From: Tequatrovirus BCH953P2
Strand: one strand, 5' to 3'
Sequence record: OZ035785.1
Length of the DNA stretch: 64,000 nucleotides
The position numbers were made by a program, and so were the translations under genes. The notes under the pieces were generated by a model that was given only the letters and a program-made list of their open reading frames with translations, was not told the origin of the DNA and made no database searches. Numbering within the stretch: the stretch's first letter is position 1; each line of letters opens with the position of its first letter. Below, piece after piece: positions 9,931 through 20,109 of the stretch.

Positions 9931-9944
9931 GGGCCGAAGCCCTT
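9931..9944 (-). other. C(UUCG)G tetraloop RNA hairpin
   Basis: GGGCCGAAGCCC between genes 45 and 44. Confidence 0.6.
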
Positions 9945-9946
9945 TA

Positions 9947-10633
9947 TTAAAAATCGTGGGTAGAATCAGCTTCAAGAGCTACCACATAATTCGCGTGTTC
10001 ACCTTCAAATTTAGCAGCACCTTGTTTACCTTTTGCCCAGAGCAGAAGTTTATAATTTCCTGGTTGCATTTTCATATTTGCCATATTGATAATGAAATTA
10101 AATGTATTTTCACCATCATAATCACCAAGAGTCAAAGAATATTTAACACGGGTCAGAGCAGAATCTTCTACTTTATTAAAACCGTTAATTACGATTTTAC
10201 CTTCTTTTACTGTGATAGCAATTGTATCAATCTGCAGACCACGAGATACACGCAACAGCTGTTGAAGGTCTTCAGCTTTAATTTCGGTAACAACAGATGC
10301 TACCGGGAATGGAATTGGTTTATTAGGAGCAACTACTGTACTCGGATCGGCTGCTGGCCAAAAAATTGTTGAGCGAGCATCTGCAATTTTGATATTTCCA
10401 TCTTCTGATTGCGAAATTTCTGCATCATCATTAACTAGAGACAGAATACCGAGAAAACCGTTCAAATCGTAAATTGCTACATCAAAATCAATAACGTCAG
10501 AAATATTTGCTTCCGCATAAGTTGTACCATTAACTGCGCGAGTCATAATAAATTGACCGGATTTAAGCATAATACCAGAGTTAATAGTAGCGAAATTTTT
10601 AAGCAGAGCAGTAGTATCTTTAGACAGTTTCAT
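9947..10633 (-). CDS. 45: sliding clamp gp45
   Basis: 228 aa; MKLSKDTTALLKNFATINSGI N-terminus. Confidence 0.95.
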   Translation of the reverse strand: MKLSKDTTALLKNFATINSGIMLKSGQFIMTRAVNGTTYAEANISDVIDFDVAIYDLNGFLGILSLVNDDAEISQSEDGNIKIADARSTIFWPAADPSTVVAPNKPIPFPVASVVTEIKAEDLQQLLRVSRGLQIDTIAITVKEGKIVINGFNKVEDSALTRVKYSLTLGDYDGENTFNFIINMANMKMQPGNYKLLLWAKGKQGAAKFEGEHANYVVALEADSTHDF

Positions 10634-10688
10634 GTAATTTCCTTCAATTCAAATGAGATTTAATTTTATAACTAATTAAATAAAGCAA

Positions 10689-11078
10689 TTAACGATTAAA
10701 ATCAGCTGCGATTGTTTCGGCAACAATTTGAGCAGCAACAATCAGACGTTCATCTGCATTGCCGCAATATTCATCTTCAAGGCGTTCACCACATGAAGTC
10801 ATAATAAATTTAGCACCGGCGTTTAGGGATTCTGTAGTATGTTTGCGCATTAGTTCAATCCATTTATTACTTACTTCACGATCGATAGCTTCATAATACG
10901 CATGACGAGCAGGTGCAGATTTAATTTTGTTCTGAATAACTTCCATTGCGTTATCAGAAAGAGACAAAACCCATGCTCGACGAATTTTATTTTGGTTTTG
11001 TGGATTTGATTCAGAACGCACGTGTTTTGGCTGAATATCTTTTACATCAACAGTATAATTCACAGTAATTTTAGTCAT
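10689..11078 (-). CDS. rpbA: RNA polymerase binding protein RpbA
   Basis: 129 aa at the conserved 45-to-46 position. Confidence 0.75.
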   Translation of the reverse strand: MTKITVNYTVDVKDIQPKHVRSESNPQNQNKIRRAWVLSLSDNAMEVIQNKIKSAPARHAYYEAIDREVSNKWIELMRKHTTESLNAGAKFIMTSCGERLEDEYCGNADERLIVAAQIVAETIAADFNR

Positions 11079-11087
11079 AATACACCT

Positions 11088-11276
11088 TTAGTCATAATAA
11101 TCAGTAACAGTCCAAGCTTCATTTCTATTGGACATTATTTTTGTATATTCTGCTTTAAATGCATTCCTAAGCATAGATTCAGTAACTATATGCTCTTCAT
11201 TAGAAAAATTATTTCTCAGAATATATCGTTTTATTTCAGGAATAGTTAATAGATGTTGTCCAGTTGAATATTCCAT
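11088..11276 (-). CDS. hypothetical early protein
   Basis: 62 aa ORF between 46 and rpbA. Confidence 0.4.
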   Translation of the reverse strand: MEYSTGQHLLTIPEIKRYILRNNFSNEEHIVTESMLRNAFKAEYTKIMSNRNEAWTVTDYYD

Positions 11277-11331
11277 GTTTTTCCTCCACAGAGATTATAC
11301 TCTAATAAATTAAAGCATAATCTCTTATAAA

Positions 11332-13014
11332 TTAAACCATTACAGTAAATCGACCAACTTTCTTCATTTGAAGATGCTGACCATATGCTTGCGGGTCATG
11401 GTCTCTATGTGAAATAACAAAAACATTAGTATTTTTTAAACTATCTAAAATAGTTGAAATAGCTTTTACACCTTCAACGTCGGTCGCTGAATCAAAAACT
11501 TCATCAAGAATTAGTGTGTTTATTTTAACACCTGAAACTTTTTCAGCAATATCACGCCAAGTAAATAAAAGAGCAATATCAATTCGTGCTTTTTCACCTT
11601 GACTGAATGAAGCATAACTAAAATCTTCGCGACCACGGGATTTAATTGTCTCATTAAATTCTTCATCTAATGTAAACACATAATCCGCTTCCATTATTTT
11701 AAGATAATGGTTAATCTGCTTATTAAATAATGGAATGTACTTTTTAATAATAGCACCTTTAATACCAGAATCTTTGAGCATATCAGTCAAAATTCCTCGG
11801 TGGTATTTTTCCATTACTAAATTAGTTTTTGTCTTAACAATTTTATCAAGTTCTTCTTGAAGCAGTGCTATTTCATCAGCATGGTCAATAAACTCAGAAG
11901 ATGCTTTTTCTATAGCTGCTTTAACTTTTTTGGCTTTATCTACCGTCGTGATTAGAGATTGCTTTTTATTGCGAATATCATTTGCCAACGACTGTTGGGT
12001 TTTAATATTATCTCGGTATTCATCAACAAGAACTTTTAAATTATCACGATGTGTTGAAAGCTGTTCAAACGAATGCGTACATTCAGAAACTTTATCTTTA
12101 ATTTTAGAAACAACTTTATCACCGGAACTCAATTGTGACAAACAGGTTGGACATAATCCACCTTCGTGATACATATTAATGACTTTATTATACGAGTCAA
12201 TTTTTGATTTAATTAAAAATGCTTCTTGACCGATTTTATTAAATGCATCAGTCGGGTCTTCATCTAAAACAATATTAACTAATCTTTCATTAGCTTCTTC
12301 TATTTCCGATTTTAGCGTTCTAGCTTCTTTTGCCAAATCATCATACATATTTTGTAGACGAGTAAGGTTGTCACCCGTTAATTTTTTCTGGCGTTCAACG
12401 TTATCATTATATATTTTAATTTGTTGGATAATACTATCTTTTTTAACATCAAGCACTTGGTTTTGTGAATTTAATTCACGTATTAGTGCTTTATTAAGCT
12501 TATCCATTTCAGCTAGTGTTCCTACCTCAAGCAGGTCTTCCACAAGCTTTCTTCGTGCAGGGGTCGACAAACCCATGAAAGGGGTATACCCTGCTGTACC
12601 AAGGACAACAATCTGCTTGAAACTGGCATATGACATTCCGATAAGCTGTTCAAATTCTGCTTGGAAATCTTTACTGCTGGCAGATTCATTAAGACGTGTA
12701 CCGTTAACGGTGATTTCGAAAACGTTCGGTTTTTGTCCTCTTTTGATATAGTACTTTTTCTCATCATATTCCATCCACAGTTCAACTAAAAGTTCTTTCT
12801 TATTTGTGCTGTTTATTAATTGACCTTTCTTTACATCACGAAATGGCTTACCAAAAAGCCCAAATGTGATGGCTTCTAGCATAGTAGACTTACCACCGCC
12901 ATTTCGTCCAGTAATAAGAGTTTTTTGAACCTTATCTAATTGAATGTCAACTCCATTTTGACCAACTGACATTATATTTTTATATTTTACTCTATTAAGT
13001 TTAAAATTCTTCAC
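11332..13014 (-). CDS. 46: recombination nuclease subunit gp46 (Rad50/SbcC-like)
   Basis: 560 aa; N-terminal Walker A GRNGGGKST, central coiled coil with CPTC hook, C-terminal signature. Confidence 0.95.
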   Translation of the reverse strand: MKNFKLNRVKYKNIMSVGQNGVDIQLDKVQKTLITGRNGGGKSTMLEAITFGLFGKPFRDVKKGQLINSTNKKELLVELWMEYDEKKYYIKRGQKPNVFEITVNGTRLNESASSKDFQAEFEQLIGMSYASFKQIVVLGTAGYTPFMGLSTPARRKLVEDLLEVGTLAEMDKLNKALIRELNSQNQVLDVKKDSIIQQIKIYNDNVERQKKLTGDNLTRLQNMYDDLAKEARTLKSEIEEANERLVNIVLDEDPTDAFNKIGQEAFLIKSKIDSYNKVINMYHEGGLCPTCLSQLSSGDKVVSKIKDKVSECTHSFEQLSTHRDNLKVLVDEYRDNIKTQQSLANDIRNKKQSLITTVDKAKKVKAAIEKASSEFIDHADEIALLQEELDKIVKTKTNLVMEKYHRGILTDMLKDSGIKGAIIKKYIPLFNKQINHYLKIMEADYVFTLDEEFNETIKSRGREDFSYASFSQGEKARIDIALLFTWRDIAEKVSGVKINTLILDEVFDSATDVEGVKAISTILDSLKNTNVFVISHRDHDPQAYGQHLQMKKVGRFTVMV

Positions 13015-13274
13015 AAAAGATTCCTTTTAATGTATCTTTTAGACCATTCTATCATATCATCATAATCTAAAAAGTATTCATCAAATTCAGCCATGCAAAC
13101 AACGCCTTGTGCTGCTTTTGATGTGATATAAATTATTCCAACATATCTAGAATCTTCTTCGGTATAATCAATGTTTGCTATGAATTCATCATTAATGTCA
13201 AATGTCGAAAACTTCACAATACGCATCCTTAATACAAGATACAGCCATATCTCGCAATGATTTAGGTGTGTCAT
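13011..13274 (-). CDS. hypothetical protein
   Basis: 87 aa ORF between 47 and 46; start uncertain. Confidence 0.35.
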   Translation of the reverse strand: MTHLNHCEIWLYLVLRMRIVKFSTFDINDEFIANIDYTEEDSRYVGIIYITSKAAQGVVCMAEFDEYFLDYDDMIEWSKRYIKRNLL

Positions 13275-13461
13275 TATCTAAAATGTTGAAGTTAAAAGAT
13301 ACAGCCCAATCTGTACAGACCGTAACCTTTTTAATACAATTATCTTCAACCTCTAGCGGTTCAAACCAATATTCAATAATTTCTTTATGACCAATATCAT
13401 CTTTTACTTCGCATTCAAAATGCTGACTCATCATAACATTTTTAAATTCATCAAAAGTCAT
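13198..13461 (-). CDS. hypothetical protein
   Basis: 87 aa ORF between 47 and 46. Confidence 0.4.
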   Translation of the reverse strand: MTFDEFKNVMMSQHFECEVKDDIGHKEIIEYWFEPLEVEDNCIKKVTVCTDWAVSFNFNILDNDTPKSLRDMAVSCIKDAYCEVFDI

Positions 13462-14477
13462 TGTGTTGCCTCTACATATAACTGATTTGCATATTGAATA
13501 AGTGCTTCACGGTCAGAATCAGTGATGTCTGGAATTGCATTAATGTATTCTTCCATCAACGTCTGAAGAGATTGAACTTCAACTTCTTCACTGTCATCTG
13601 ACTCGACAGAGTTATCAATCTTTGACACAACTCGTAATGAATGCACAACTTTCTCTAGTTCAGATTCGAACTTCGTCAGATTTTTGTCTACTTCAGTTAC
13701 TATAACACGTACTGATAGATTTGTAAAATCTTTATAGTCAATTTTTCCTTTAAATGGATAATGAATTCTACGATGCCAGGTAGTATTGTTTGGAATAAAT
13801 TCCATTCGTTCTGTTTCTGTATCAAACATCCAGAACCCACGAGGGTCATTCTCGTCACCTGCAGTTAGTGTCCATGGTGTCCCAATATATCTGACATTAG
13901 CAGCCTCAGAAATAGTATGGAAGTGACCAGACCACACTTCTTTATAAGTCTTAAGGAAATCAGGTTCAAGACCATGAGATTTCATTCCTTTATAAAAATA
14001 AAATCCATTCAGTTCCCAGTGACCAACACAAAAAGAAGCAGATGAAGTTTTGATGTGTTCAAGAATTTCACCAGTATTTTCTTCACACATCCAAGGAATT
14101 AAATCAATTAAACATCCGTCAAAATCTACCGTAGTAGGCTTATCATATACTTTAACATTAGGATATTTAGCCAAAAGCTCAGTAGAGGCATTTGGATGCA
14201 TTACATTTTTGTAGTGGAGATCGTGATTTCCTACAATAGTATGTAATGTGATTCCAGCATCATCAAGCATTTGAACTATTTCACGGGCAAACTCCATAGT
14301 TTTATGTGTGATCGCTTTTCGTACATCAAAAATATCACCATATTGAATCCATACAGTAATTCCATTTTTCTTAGAATATTCTATCGCTTGTTTAATTCCA
14401 TCAATTTGAATACCGCGAATCCACTCATCATCGGCTTTAACGCCTAAATGCCAATCACCTAAATTTAAAATTTTCAT
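13458..14477 (-). CDS. 47: recombination nuclease subunit gp47 (Mre11/SbcD-like)
   Basis: 339 aa; phosphoesterase motifs DWHLG, GDIFD, GNHD. Confidence 0.95.
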   Translation of the reverse strand: MKILNLGDWHLGVKADDEWIRGIQIDGIKQAIEYSKKNGITVWIQYGDIFDVRKAITHKTMEFAREIVQMLDDAGITLHTIVGNHDLHYKNVMHPNASTELLAKYPNVKVYDKPTTVDFDGCLIDLIPWMCEENTGEILEHIKTSSASFCVGHWELNGFYFYKGMKSHGLEPDFLKTYKEVWSGHFHTISEAANVRYIGTPWTLTAGDENDPRGFWMFDTETERMEFIPNNTTWHRRIHYPFKGKIDYKDFTNLSVRVIVTEVDKNLTKFESELEKVVHSLRVVSKIDNSVESDDSEEVEVQSLQTLMEEYINAIPDITDSDREALIQYANQLYVEATQ

Positions 14478-14614
14478 ATATCAAGAACCGTCATTGAAAT
14501 GCAAAATAAAATTATTGAAATAAATCCATCTGGAGTGCTAAAGAACCCAATCCAACATGCTCTAGTGAATAGATAAAATGCAAGAAAAAGTATCACATAT
14601 CCAAGAAATATCAT
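14474..14614 (-). CDS. small hydrophobic protein
   Basis: 46 aa ORF MIFLGYVILFLAFYLF...; stop overlaps gene 47 ATG. Confidence 0.35.
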   Translation of the reverse strand: MIFLGYVILFLAFYLFTRACWIGFFSTPDGFISIILFCISMTVLDI

Positions 14615-14640
14615 TATATCAAACTCCGTATAAAGCTAAA

Positions 14641-14654
14641 GGGCCGAAGCCCTT
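14641..14654 (-). other. C(UUCG)G tetraloop RNA hairpin
   Basis: GGGCCGAAGCCC overlapping the a-gt stop codon. Confidence 0.6.
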
Positions 14655-15856
14655 TATTTTGTAATAATGTCAAACTGTTCTTTAAAGCAGAAGCTTGAAT
14701 CTTGATGCTGATACAAAAATTCATATGCTTTTTCTCGCTCACGGTCATAAAGAGCTCGGTCAGATGACAGTTCTTTAATACGCTCGAATGTTGATTCCAT
14801 GTCATTTTCATCAAACCAAACGATACCGCTATCATGCGAGGTCAAAGGAGTATTATCAACACGGAATTTTAAATTTTCGCCAGTAGATTTCCAAAATACC
14901 GGAATTGTTCCACATGCACCAAGCTCGAGGTGAGTATATTCTAAAGAGCGCTGTAGATATTTTTTATCCAACTTACTCAACTGATAACCAAATCCAGATT
15001 TACTCATACGTTCAAGCATTTCGCTATTTACATAACGATCGAGAATTTGCGTTGGTAAATTAGGAGCAATTTTAATTTGGTCTACTTGATGAAGACGATA
15101 ATACTCGTATGGAATTCCTTTTTCTTTAATAGGAATGAACGCTGGAGAACGTTCCAGACCTTCCATAATAGTACTTAGTCCTGCAGGTTTAAGATGTTTT
15201 TCGTGAAAATCAAACATCTGATAAAAACCTTTCCATGTAGTCGTACGACCAATCCAACGGTTGATATTCATGTTAATTTCAGAAACATCTTTCCAGTAGG
15301 TTGATCGAACCTTCGCAATATCCATAGGAGGCTGAAAGTTGTATACGGTCGGTGCTTCTTCAATATCATCAAACAGAGAAACTGTTTCTGGATACCATTC
15401 TTTCATCAGAACTTTATTAAAATCGCCATTATCAGAATGGCTAAAAATAACATCAGCTCGACGAACAGTTTCTTCTAATCCCAAATTTCGACGCAAAGAA
15501 AGAGAAGAATGGTCATGTTGATAAACTACAACACGAACCGAAGGTTTAATGTTATCAATAATTTTTTTATAGTTATTAATAGTGTCTTCTTCAACTGAAG
15601 TAGCAGGAACTGAATTGATAATTAGAATATCACAATCATTTACCAGCTTAAGTGTTTTATCGTATTCTTTTGCCAATAAAACCGGAATTGAAAATGATTT
15701 ATAATCATGCGCGCAATTACGGGTAAATGATTTATCTTTAGCATAAACCAAAGTTACTTCATGACCATTTTTAATAAACCAATCACGCTGCTCAAGAGAA
15801 AATTTAGTTACACCACAACCTTCAAGACCTCGAGCCATAAAAATACATACTTTCAT
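14654..15856 (-). CDS. a-gt: DNA alpha-glucosyltransferase
   Basis: 400 aa; MKVCIFMARGLEGCGVTKF N-terminus and overall match to T4 alpha-gt. Confidence 0.95.
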   Translation of the reverse strand: MKVCIFMARGLEGCGVTKFSLEQRDWFIKNGHEVTLVYAKDKSFTRNCAHDYKSFSIPVLLAKEYDKTLKLVNDCDILIINSVPATSVEEDTINNYKKIIDNIKPSVRVVVYQHDHSSLSLRRNLGLEETVRRADVIFSHSDNGDFNKVLMKEWYPETVSLFDDIEEAPTVYNFQPPMDIAKVRSTYWKDVSEINMNINRWIGRTTTWKGFYQMFDFHEKHLKPAGLSTIMEGLERSPAFIPIKEKGIPYEYYRLHQVDQIKIAPNLPTQILDRYVNSEMLERMSKSGFGYQLSKLDKKYLQRSLEYTHLELGACGTIPVFWKSTGENLKFRVDNTPLTSHDSGIVWFDENDMESTFERIKELSSDRALYDREREKAYEFLYQHQDSSFCFKEQFDIITK

Positions 15857-15880
15857 TTAATATCCTCATTGTTTTGGTTT

Positions 15881-15905
15881 ATTTTACCAAAAATTTATAA
15901 AGCAA
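15881..15905 (-). promoter_or_regulatory. candidate MotA-dependent middle promoter for a-gt
   Basis: Minus strand TTGCTTTA MotA box, 11 nt, TAAAAT. Confidence 0.45.
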
Positions 15906-16099
15906 TATAGGAGCTGAAGCTCCTATCCGCATAATACACCATACAGAGGCTCATTAGAGCTTCTAAATTTTATGCGCTTATATGTTATAGTTCCTTCTGC
16001 TTTAGCTTTATCATGAGACTCTTTAAAGAGTCTCATGATTTCTACTTTAGAGGAACGAATTTTATTATAATCTATTTCAGAAGTCTGGGTGTTCATCTT

Positions 16100-16306
16100 T
16101 CATAACTGCCACCATTTTTTGACTTGATAAGAATCAACCCACACTTTCATATTAGGGTCTGCTCTTACAATAGGAGGATTAACTTCTTTAATTGAACTAT
16201 CATGGTATTCTTTTTCAGAAATTTTCACACAAAGATGACCATTCAAAGATTCAGTAAATCCTGCATTAATTTTAAGACGCTTGAATTTTACGTGTGTAAG
16301 CATCAA
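16100..16306 (-). CDS. hypothetical protein
   Basis: 68 aa ORF. Confidence 0.4.
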   Translation of the reverse strand: MMLTHVKFKRLKINAGFTESLNGHLCVKISEKEYHDSSIKEVNPPIVRADPNMKVWVDSYQVKKWWQL

Positions 16307-16589
16307 TCATATCCTCAATCTGCGATCTAGTAGTCTTCCAAAGAATACTGATGAGTTCATCGTTATATGGCTGTTTTAGAATATCCCGACTTTTCTTGAT
16401 AGCATATTCGTATTGAGCAAAATTATTATTTTCAGCTGCGATCTGAGCATGCTTATAAAGACGATTCAGTTCGCGTTTGTTTTTAGACAATAACTTATTT
16501 GCTTTTCTTTCTGCTTCAAGACGGTTCTTTTCTTCAATAGAAGAAATAAGCTTTTCCACTTCATCATTAATTTCGGGTTTATCAGTCAT
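16272..16589 (-). CDS. hypothetical protein
   Basis: 105 aa ORF. Confidence 0.45.
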   Translation of the reverse strand: MTDKPEINDEVEKLISSIEEKNRLEAERKANKLLSKNKRELNRLYKHAQIAAENNNFAQYEYAIKKSRDILKQPYNDELISILWKTTRSQIEDMIDAYTRKIQAS

Positions 16590-16590
16590 A

Positions 16591-16809
16591 TTATTTCTCT
16601 AATATAAAATAAAAATCATCATCTGTTAAATGATACCGATAGTTTAATTCTACACCATTAGATTTAAAAGCGGTATCATACGGATTTTCTGGATCAATAT
16701 CAATGTCAAGAGCTAAAACTTCCCTGAGATACATTTTAAGTAAATAGGGAATAGCTTCAACTTCAGGTATTTCTTCCAAGAATCCGGAGAGGTTAATCGT
16801 TAGCCTCAT
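16591..16809 (-). CDS. hypothetical protein
   Basis: 72 aa ORF immediately downstream of gene 55. Confidence 0.45.
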
Positions 16810-17350
16810 ATAAAAAATCCAAACTAGGAGAATCGTCTACAACACTTTTCTTTTCAGCCCCCGGTGTTCTATAGGTTGATTCTTCGTAATGCGTCATTTT
16901 ATCGTAGATGTCTTGAATAAAAGTTTCATCTACTAACGCAACCATATCGTCGTCACGACTGTCATAGACATTGTGAACGAAGTAACTATATTTCTTTGCA
17001 ACTTCCTTACGTTCTTTTTTAATACGTTGGACGAATGCATTAAAACAAGCTTGAGTTATATACGCATGTGGGTTTTTATATTTCGTTTCATCAAAATTAT
17101 GAAGCCCCTTAATAGAAGCTTCTATACCATCTGCAATCATTTCTTGTTTCCAAGACTGGGTGTATCCTGAAAAGTTGAAACGTTTAGATAAGCCTTCTGC
17201 AATAAGCATAATGGCTAATCCGATAGTATCATTCTGACGAACTACTTTATTTGGGTCTTTATTATTTGCTAATTCTGTTTTCCAATCAATAATAGCTTGT
17301 AAAAGCTCTTTATTGTTTACGTAATTATATTTAGGCTTAGTTTCTGACAT
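16793..17350 (-). CDS. 55: late sigma factor gp55
   Basis: 185 aa from [24 protein letters not shown]. Confidence 0.9.
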
Positions 17351-17432
17351 TTTCACCTCTTAGCTCAATTCATAGATCTATTATATCATAATATTTGAAG
17401 ATCTATCTTAAAGCATAGAGGATGAATCAATT

Positions 17433-17648
17433 TCAAGAATTCATCAGCTTAGCCGCTTCAAGAGCTGCATCTAGTGAATCAAATTGGTCAACATATTCAA
17501 TCAATTCGCCGTAATTGGCATATAACCACCATTGGCTAAATTCATACTCAAGGATGAATCCATTTCCTTCAATTTGAGTTAAACCAATGCCATTTGTATT
17601 TACTTCATATCCGGCAAGACGCAAATCGTTAATAAGAGCTTCGTTCAT
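17433..17648 (-). CDS. hypothetical protein
   Basis: 71 aa acidic ORF. Confidence 0.45.
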   Translation of the reverse strand: MNEALINDLRLAGYEVNTNGIGLTQIEGNGFILEYEFSQWWLYANYGELIEYVDQFDSLDAALEAAKLMNS

Positions 17649-17650
17649 AA

Positions 17651-17977
17651 TTATACCTTAGTAATTTTCAGGTCTGCAAATTTTTTCTTGCGTTGATTTT
17701 TCATACGACGAATAGTTTTATCGGAAATTTCATGCTTTTGATAAGCTTTAGATTCTACACCAAAAGCTTTAACATCAAATTCTGACAGGATATATTGAAC
17801 CAACAATTCACGGATAGTATTGCGTCCAATTTTCTGATCATTCTGTTTCATCGTCTGATGAAGCTCTTTTTCCCATTTATCCAAAATTTGAGGAGTTACA
17901 ATATCGCCTTTTTCTAGCAAAGAAACTACTTTATCATATGCGTAAGAATTGATGGCGTTTTTAATTTGAATAGTCAT
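17651..17977 (-). CDS. hypothetical protein
   Basis: 108 aa ORF. Confidence 0.45.
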   Translation of the reverse strand: MTIQIKNAINSYAYDKVVSLLEKGDIVTPQILDKWEKELHQTMKQNDQKIGRNTIRELLVQYILSEFDVKAFGVESKAYQKHEISDKTIRRMKNQRKKKFADLKITKV

Positions 17978-18017
17978 ACATTATCCTCAATTACGTTAAA
18001 ATTTTATTATCCAAAAA

Positions 18018-18033
18018 GGGCCGAAGCCCTTAG
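18018..18033 (-). other. C(UUCG)G tetraloop RNA hairpin
   Basis: GGGCCGAAGCCC adjoining the stop of the 18030-18230 ORF. Confidence 0.55.
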
Positions 18034-18230
18034 CTAAACTTTTTGGCACCCTTCCAGCCTTCATACATCATTGCGGCTGATATTAATATTGCTCCTGAGC
18101 AACTTGAATATTTGTGATTCCAAAACCAGTTTAGAAAAACTTCATCATCAATACCTTGGGCTATCATATTTTCAAAGAACTGACGACGAGCTTCGGCAAT
18201 TCGCTGCGATAATTTAGATTCAGGATTCAT
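18030..18230 (-). CDS. hypothetical protein
   Basis: 66 aa ORF. Confidence 0.4.
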   Translation of the reverse strand: MNPESKLSQRIAEARRQFFENMIAQGIDDEVFLNWFWNHKYSSCSGAILISAAMMYEGWKGAKKFS

Positions 18231-18362
18231 TTAAATTTTCCAATTACCGTTTTCATCAATGAATTTAATCCAGTCATTTACTGACCACTTAGTTGTATCA
18301 CCTTTTGGAGTAACATTTAAAGTGTATAACCCCTGCTTAAAAAGCATTCGTTTGATATTCAT
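18231..18362 (-). CDS. hypothetical protein
   Basis: ORF 18231-18446 trimmed to an internal Met to avoid overlapping the upstream gene. Confidence 0.3.
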   Translation of the reverse strand: MNIKRMLFKQGLYTLNVTPKGDTTKWSVNDWIKFIDENGNWKI

Positions 18363-18369
18363 ATTTTCC

Positions 18370-18663
18370 TCAGCTGTAACGATAACACTCGTTTGATTTA
18401 CGTTTAGCAACTCGTTGAGAAGTATTATAATCAAAATCATCGTCAATGTAAACTGATTTTTTCAACTTTCTTACTTCACCGCGTAATTGACGATTTAACT
18501 CATCTTTAACTTCTGAATCAATACCTTTCATTCTACGCCATTTATCTGAGCGAAAAATGTTTTCAACCATATCTTTATGACTTACACCGTCTGGAGCTTT
18601 ACGCTTTCCGAAATAGTCATAATCACGCACTTTTAAGTCTTTACGACGATACGTTTTACCCAT
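18370..18663 (-). CDS. hypothetical basic protein
   Basis: ORF 18370-18708 trimmed to MGKTYRRK; lysine/arginine rich. Confidence 0.4.
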   Translation of the reverse strand: MGKTYRRKDLKVRDYDYFGKRKAPDGVSHKDMVENIFRSDKWRRMKGIDSEVKDELNRQLRGEVRKLKKSVYIDDDFDYNTSQRVAKRKSNECYRYS

Positions 18664-18838
18664 GGAGTTTAATTTCCTTAGCAACTGAACTAAATACAGC
18701 ACGATCACAAATCATACGTTTATGTAACTTGAGTATAAGATAGTAAACATCAAAACCATTTACATAAGTAACACGAACAACATTACCATTAATAAAATAA
18801 TACTGTCCCTTTTTAATTTCTTTATCAACCACAACCAT
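18656..18838 (-). CDS. hypothetical protein
   Basis: 60 aa ORF directly downstream of an early promoter. Confidence 0.4.
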   Translation of the reverse strand: MVVVDKEIKKGQYYFINGNVVRVTYVNGFDVYYLILKLHKRMICDRAVFSSVAKEIKLHG

Positions 18839-18860
18839 ATCAATTCCTCAAAGGTAATTC

Positions 18861-18890
18861 ATATGTTAATAATACCACAGTTTGAGCTCG
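18861..18890 (-). promoter_or_regulatory. T4-type early promoter
   Basis: Minus strand GTTTAC, 18 nt, TATTAT. Confidence 0.55.
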
Positions 18891-18996
18891 TTGTAAACAA
18901 CTTTGTGAAAAATATTTTAGGGAATGATAAGAAAGGAACGATAGCTTAGAATGGTAATATACAGAATGTGAGAAAGAAAGGCCCAGAGGGCCCGTC

Positions 18997-19305
18997 TTAA
19001 TCTTCTATGATATCTCTATCATATCCAAGTGAAATGAGAGTTTCTTTGAAGTGTTTAATGTTCTTTTGTCTAGAATCATTAATGAAAATGACTGGATAAC
19101 GAATGTTAAGAGATGTGAATCCAGCGCGTTTAGCAAGAGATACAATCAGTGGACGATCATACTCAATCTTACCATTATTTGTAAGAACTTTATAGAAAGT
19201 AAAAGGAGCATTGAGCTCCTTTAGAAGTTTTGTAACTGATTGACATCCAGGACAACGACCTACTTCATCTGGAATTCCATAGACTTCAATCTTATTTTGT
19301 TTCAC
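18997..19305 (-). CDS. nrdH: glutaredoxin-like protein NrdH
   Basis: 102 aa with CPGC redox motif. Confidence 0.7.
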   Translation of the reverse strand: MKQNKIEVYGIPDEVGRCPGCQSVTKLLKELNAPFTFYKVLTNNGKIEYDRPLIVSLAKRAGFTSLNIRYPVIFINDSRQKNIKHFKETLISLGYDRDIIED

Positions 19306-19307
19306 AA

Positions 19308-19520
19308 CTATTCCTTACTAAGAGCAGCATTCAACTTATTAGTAATTTTATCCAGACGCTCATTAAACTCACTAGAAGATAAGCCCTTTTCTGGAGAAAT
19401 TAAACTAATCACGAAAAATATAGCAATAAAAGGAATAAGGAAAATAGCTCCAACTGCCATAAACAGAAAGAATGTTACAGTTGTAAGAAAATCAGCTAAA
19501 CCTTTACGAAATTTATACAT
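19308..19520 (-). CDS. small membrane protein
   Basis: 70 aa, one long hydrophobic segment. Confidence 0.4.
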   Translation of the reverse strand: MYKFRKGLADFLTTVTFFLFMAVGAIFLIPFIAIFFVISLISPEKGLSSSEFNERLDKITNKLNAALSKE

Positions 19521-19638
19521 TTACCTTTACCTTTAATTGATTAACCAAGCATTGATAAGCACTAAACTATATTGGGAATAAAATTCTGGACCAAAATGAA
19601 AAATCATATCATTTATAGTATCCATAATGTAATTCAAT

Positions 19639-20109
19639 TTAATCATGTTTCCACACCCCATCGGTATTTGACCAAAGTCGCTGATTATCTGATCCTCGCC
19701 ACAGCTTTTTAGTCGGAAGATTTTTCTCATACTTCCCATCAATAATAACATCAACATATTTAAGCATTTCTAGTTGTTTAATATCTTCAAACTTATATCC
19801 TGTCCACAACCAAATGCTTTTATTGGGATAAAGATTTTTTACTGTTTGAACAATGCAATGAATAACATCCCGGTTATCAGGATAGAGAGGGTCACCTCCG
19901 GTTATAGTCAATCCTTCTATATAATCATTATTCAAACATTCAATTAATTGTTCTAGTGTTTCACCAGTGAATGGAATACCATTTCTAACATTCCATGTTG
20001 ATTTATTATAACACCCTTCGCATTTATGCAAACAACCTGTAACGAAAAGAACGGTCCTGCAGCCAGGGCCATTCACAAAATCACAGGGATAAAATCTATC
20101 GTAATTCAT
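19639..20109 (-). CDS. nrdG: anaerobic ribonucleotide reductase activating protein (radical SAM)
   Basis: 156 aa; cysteine cluster CLHKCEGCYN. Confidence 0.9.
   Translation of the reverse strand: MNYDRFYPCDFVNGPGCRTVLFVTGCLHKCEGCYNKSTWNVRNGIPFTGETLEQLIECLNNDYIEGLTITGGDPLYPDNRDVIHCIVQTVKNLYPNKSIWLWTGYKFEDIKQLEMLKYVDVIIDGKYEKNLPTKKLWRGSDNQRLWSNTDGVWKHD

Noticed and set aside
19533-19757. 74 aa minus-strand ORF overlapping the 3' part of nrdG
   Set aside because: It overlaps the conserved nrdG reading frame in another frame and has no independent support.
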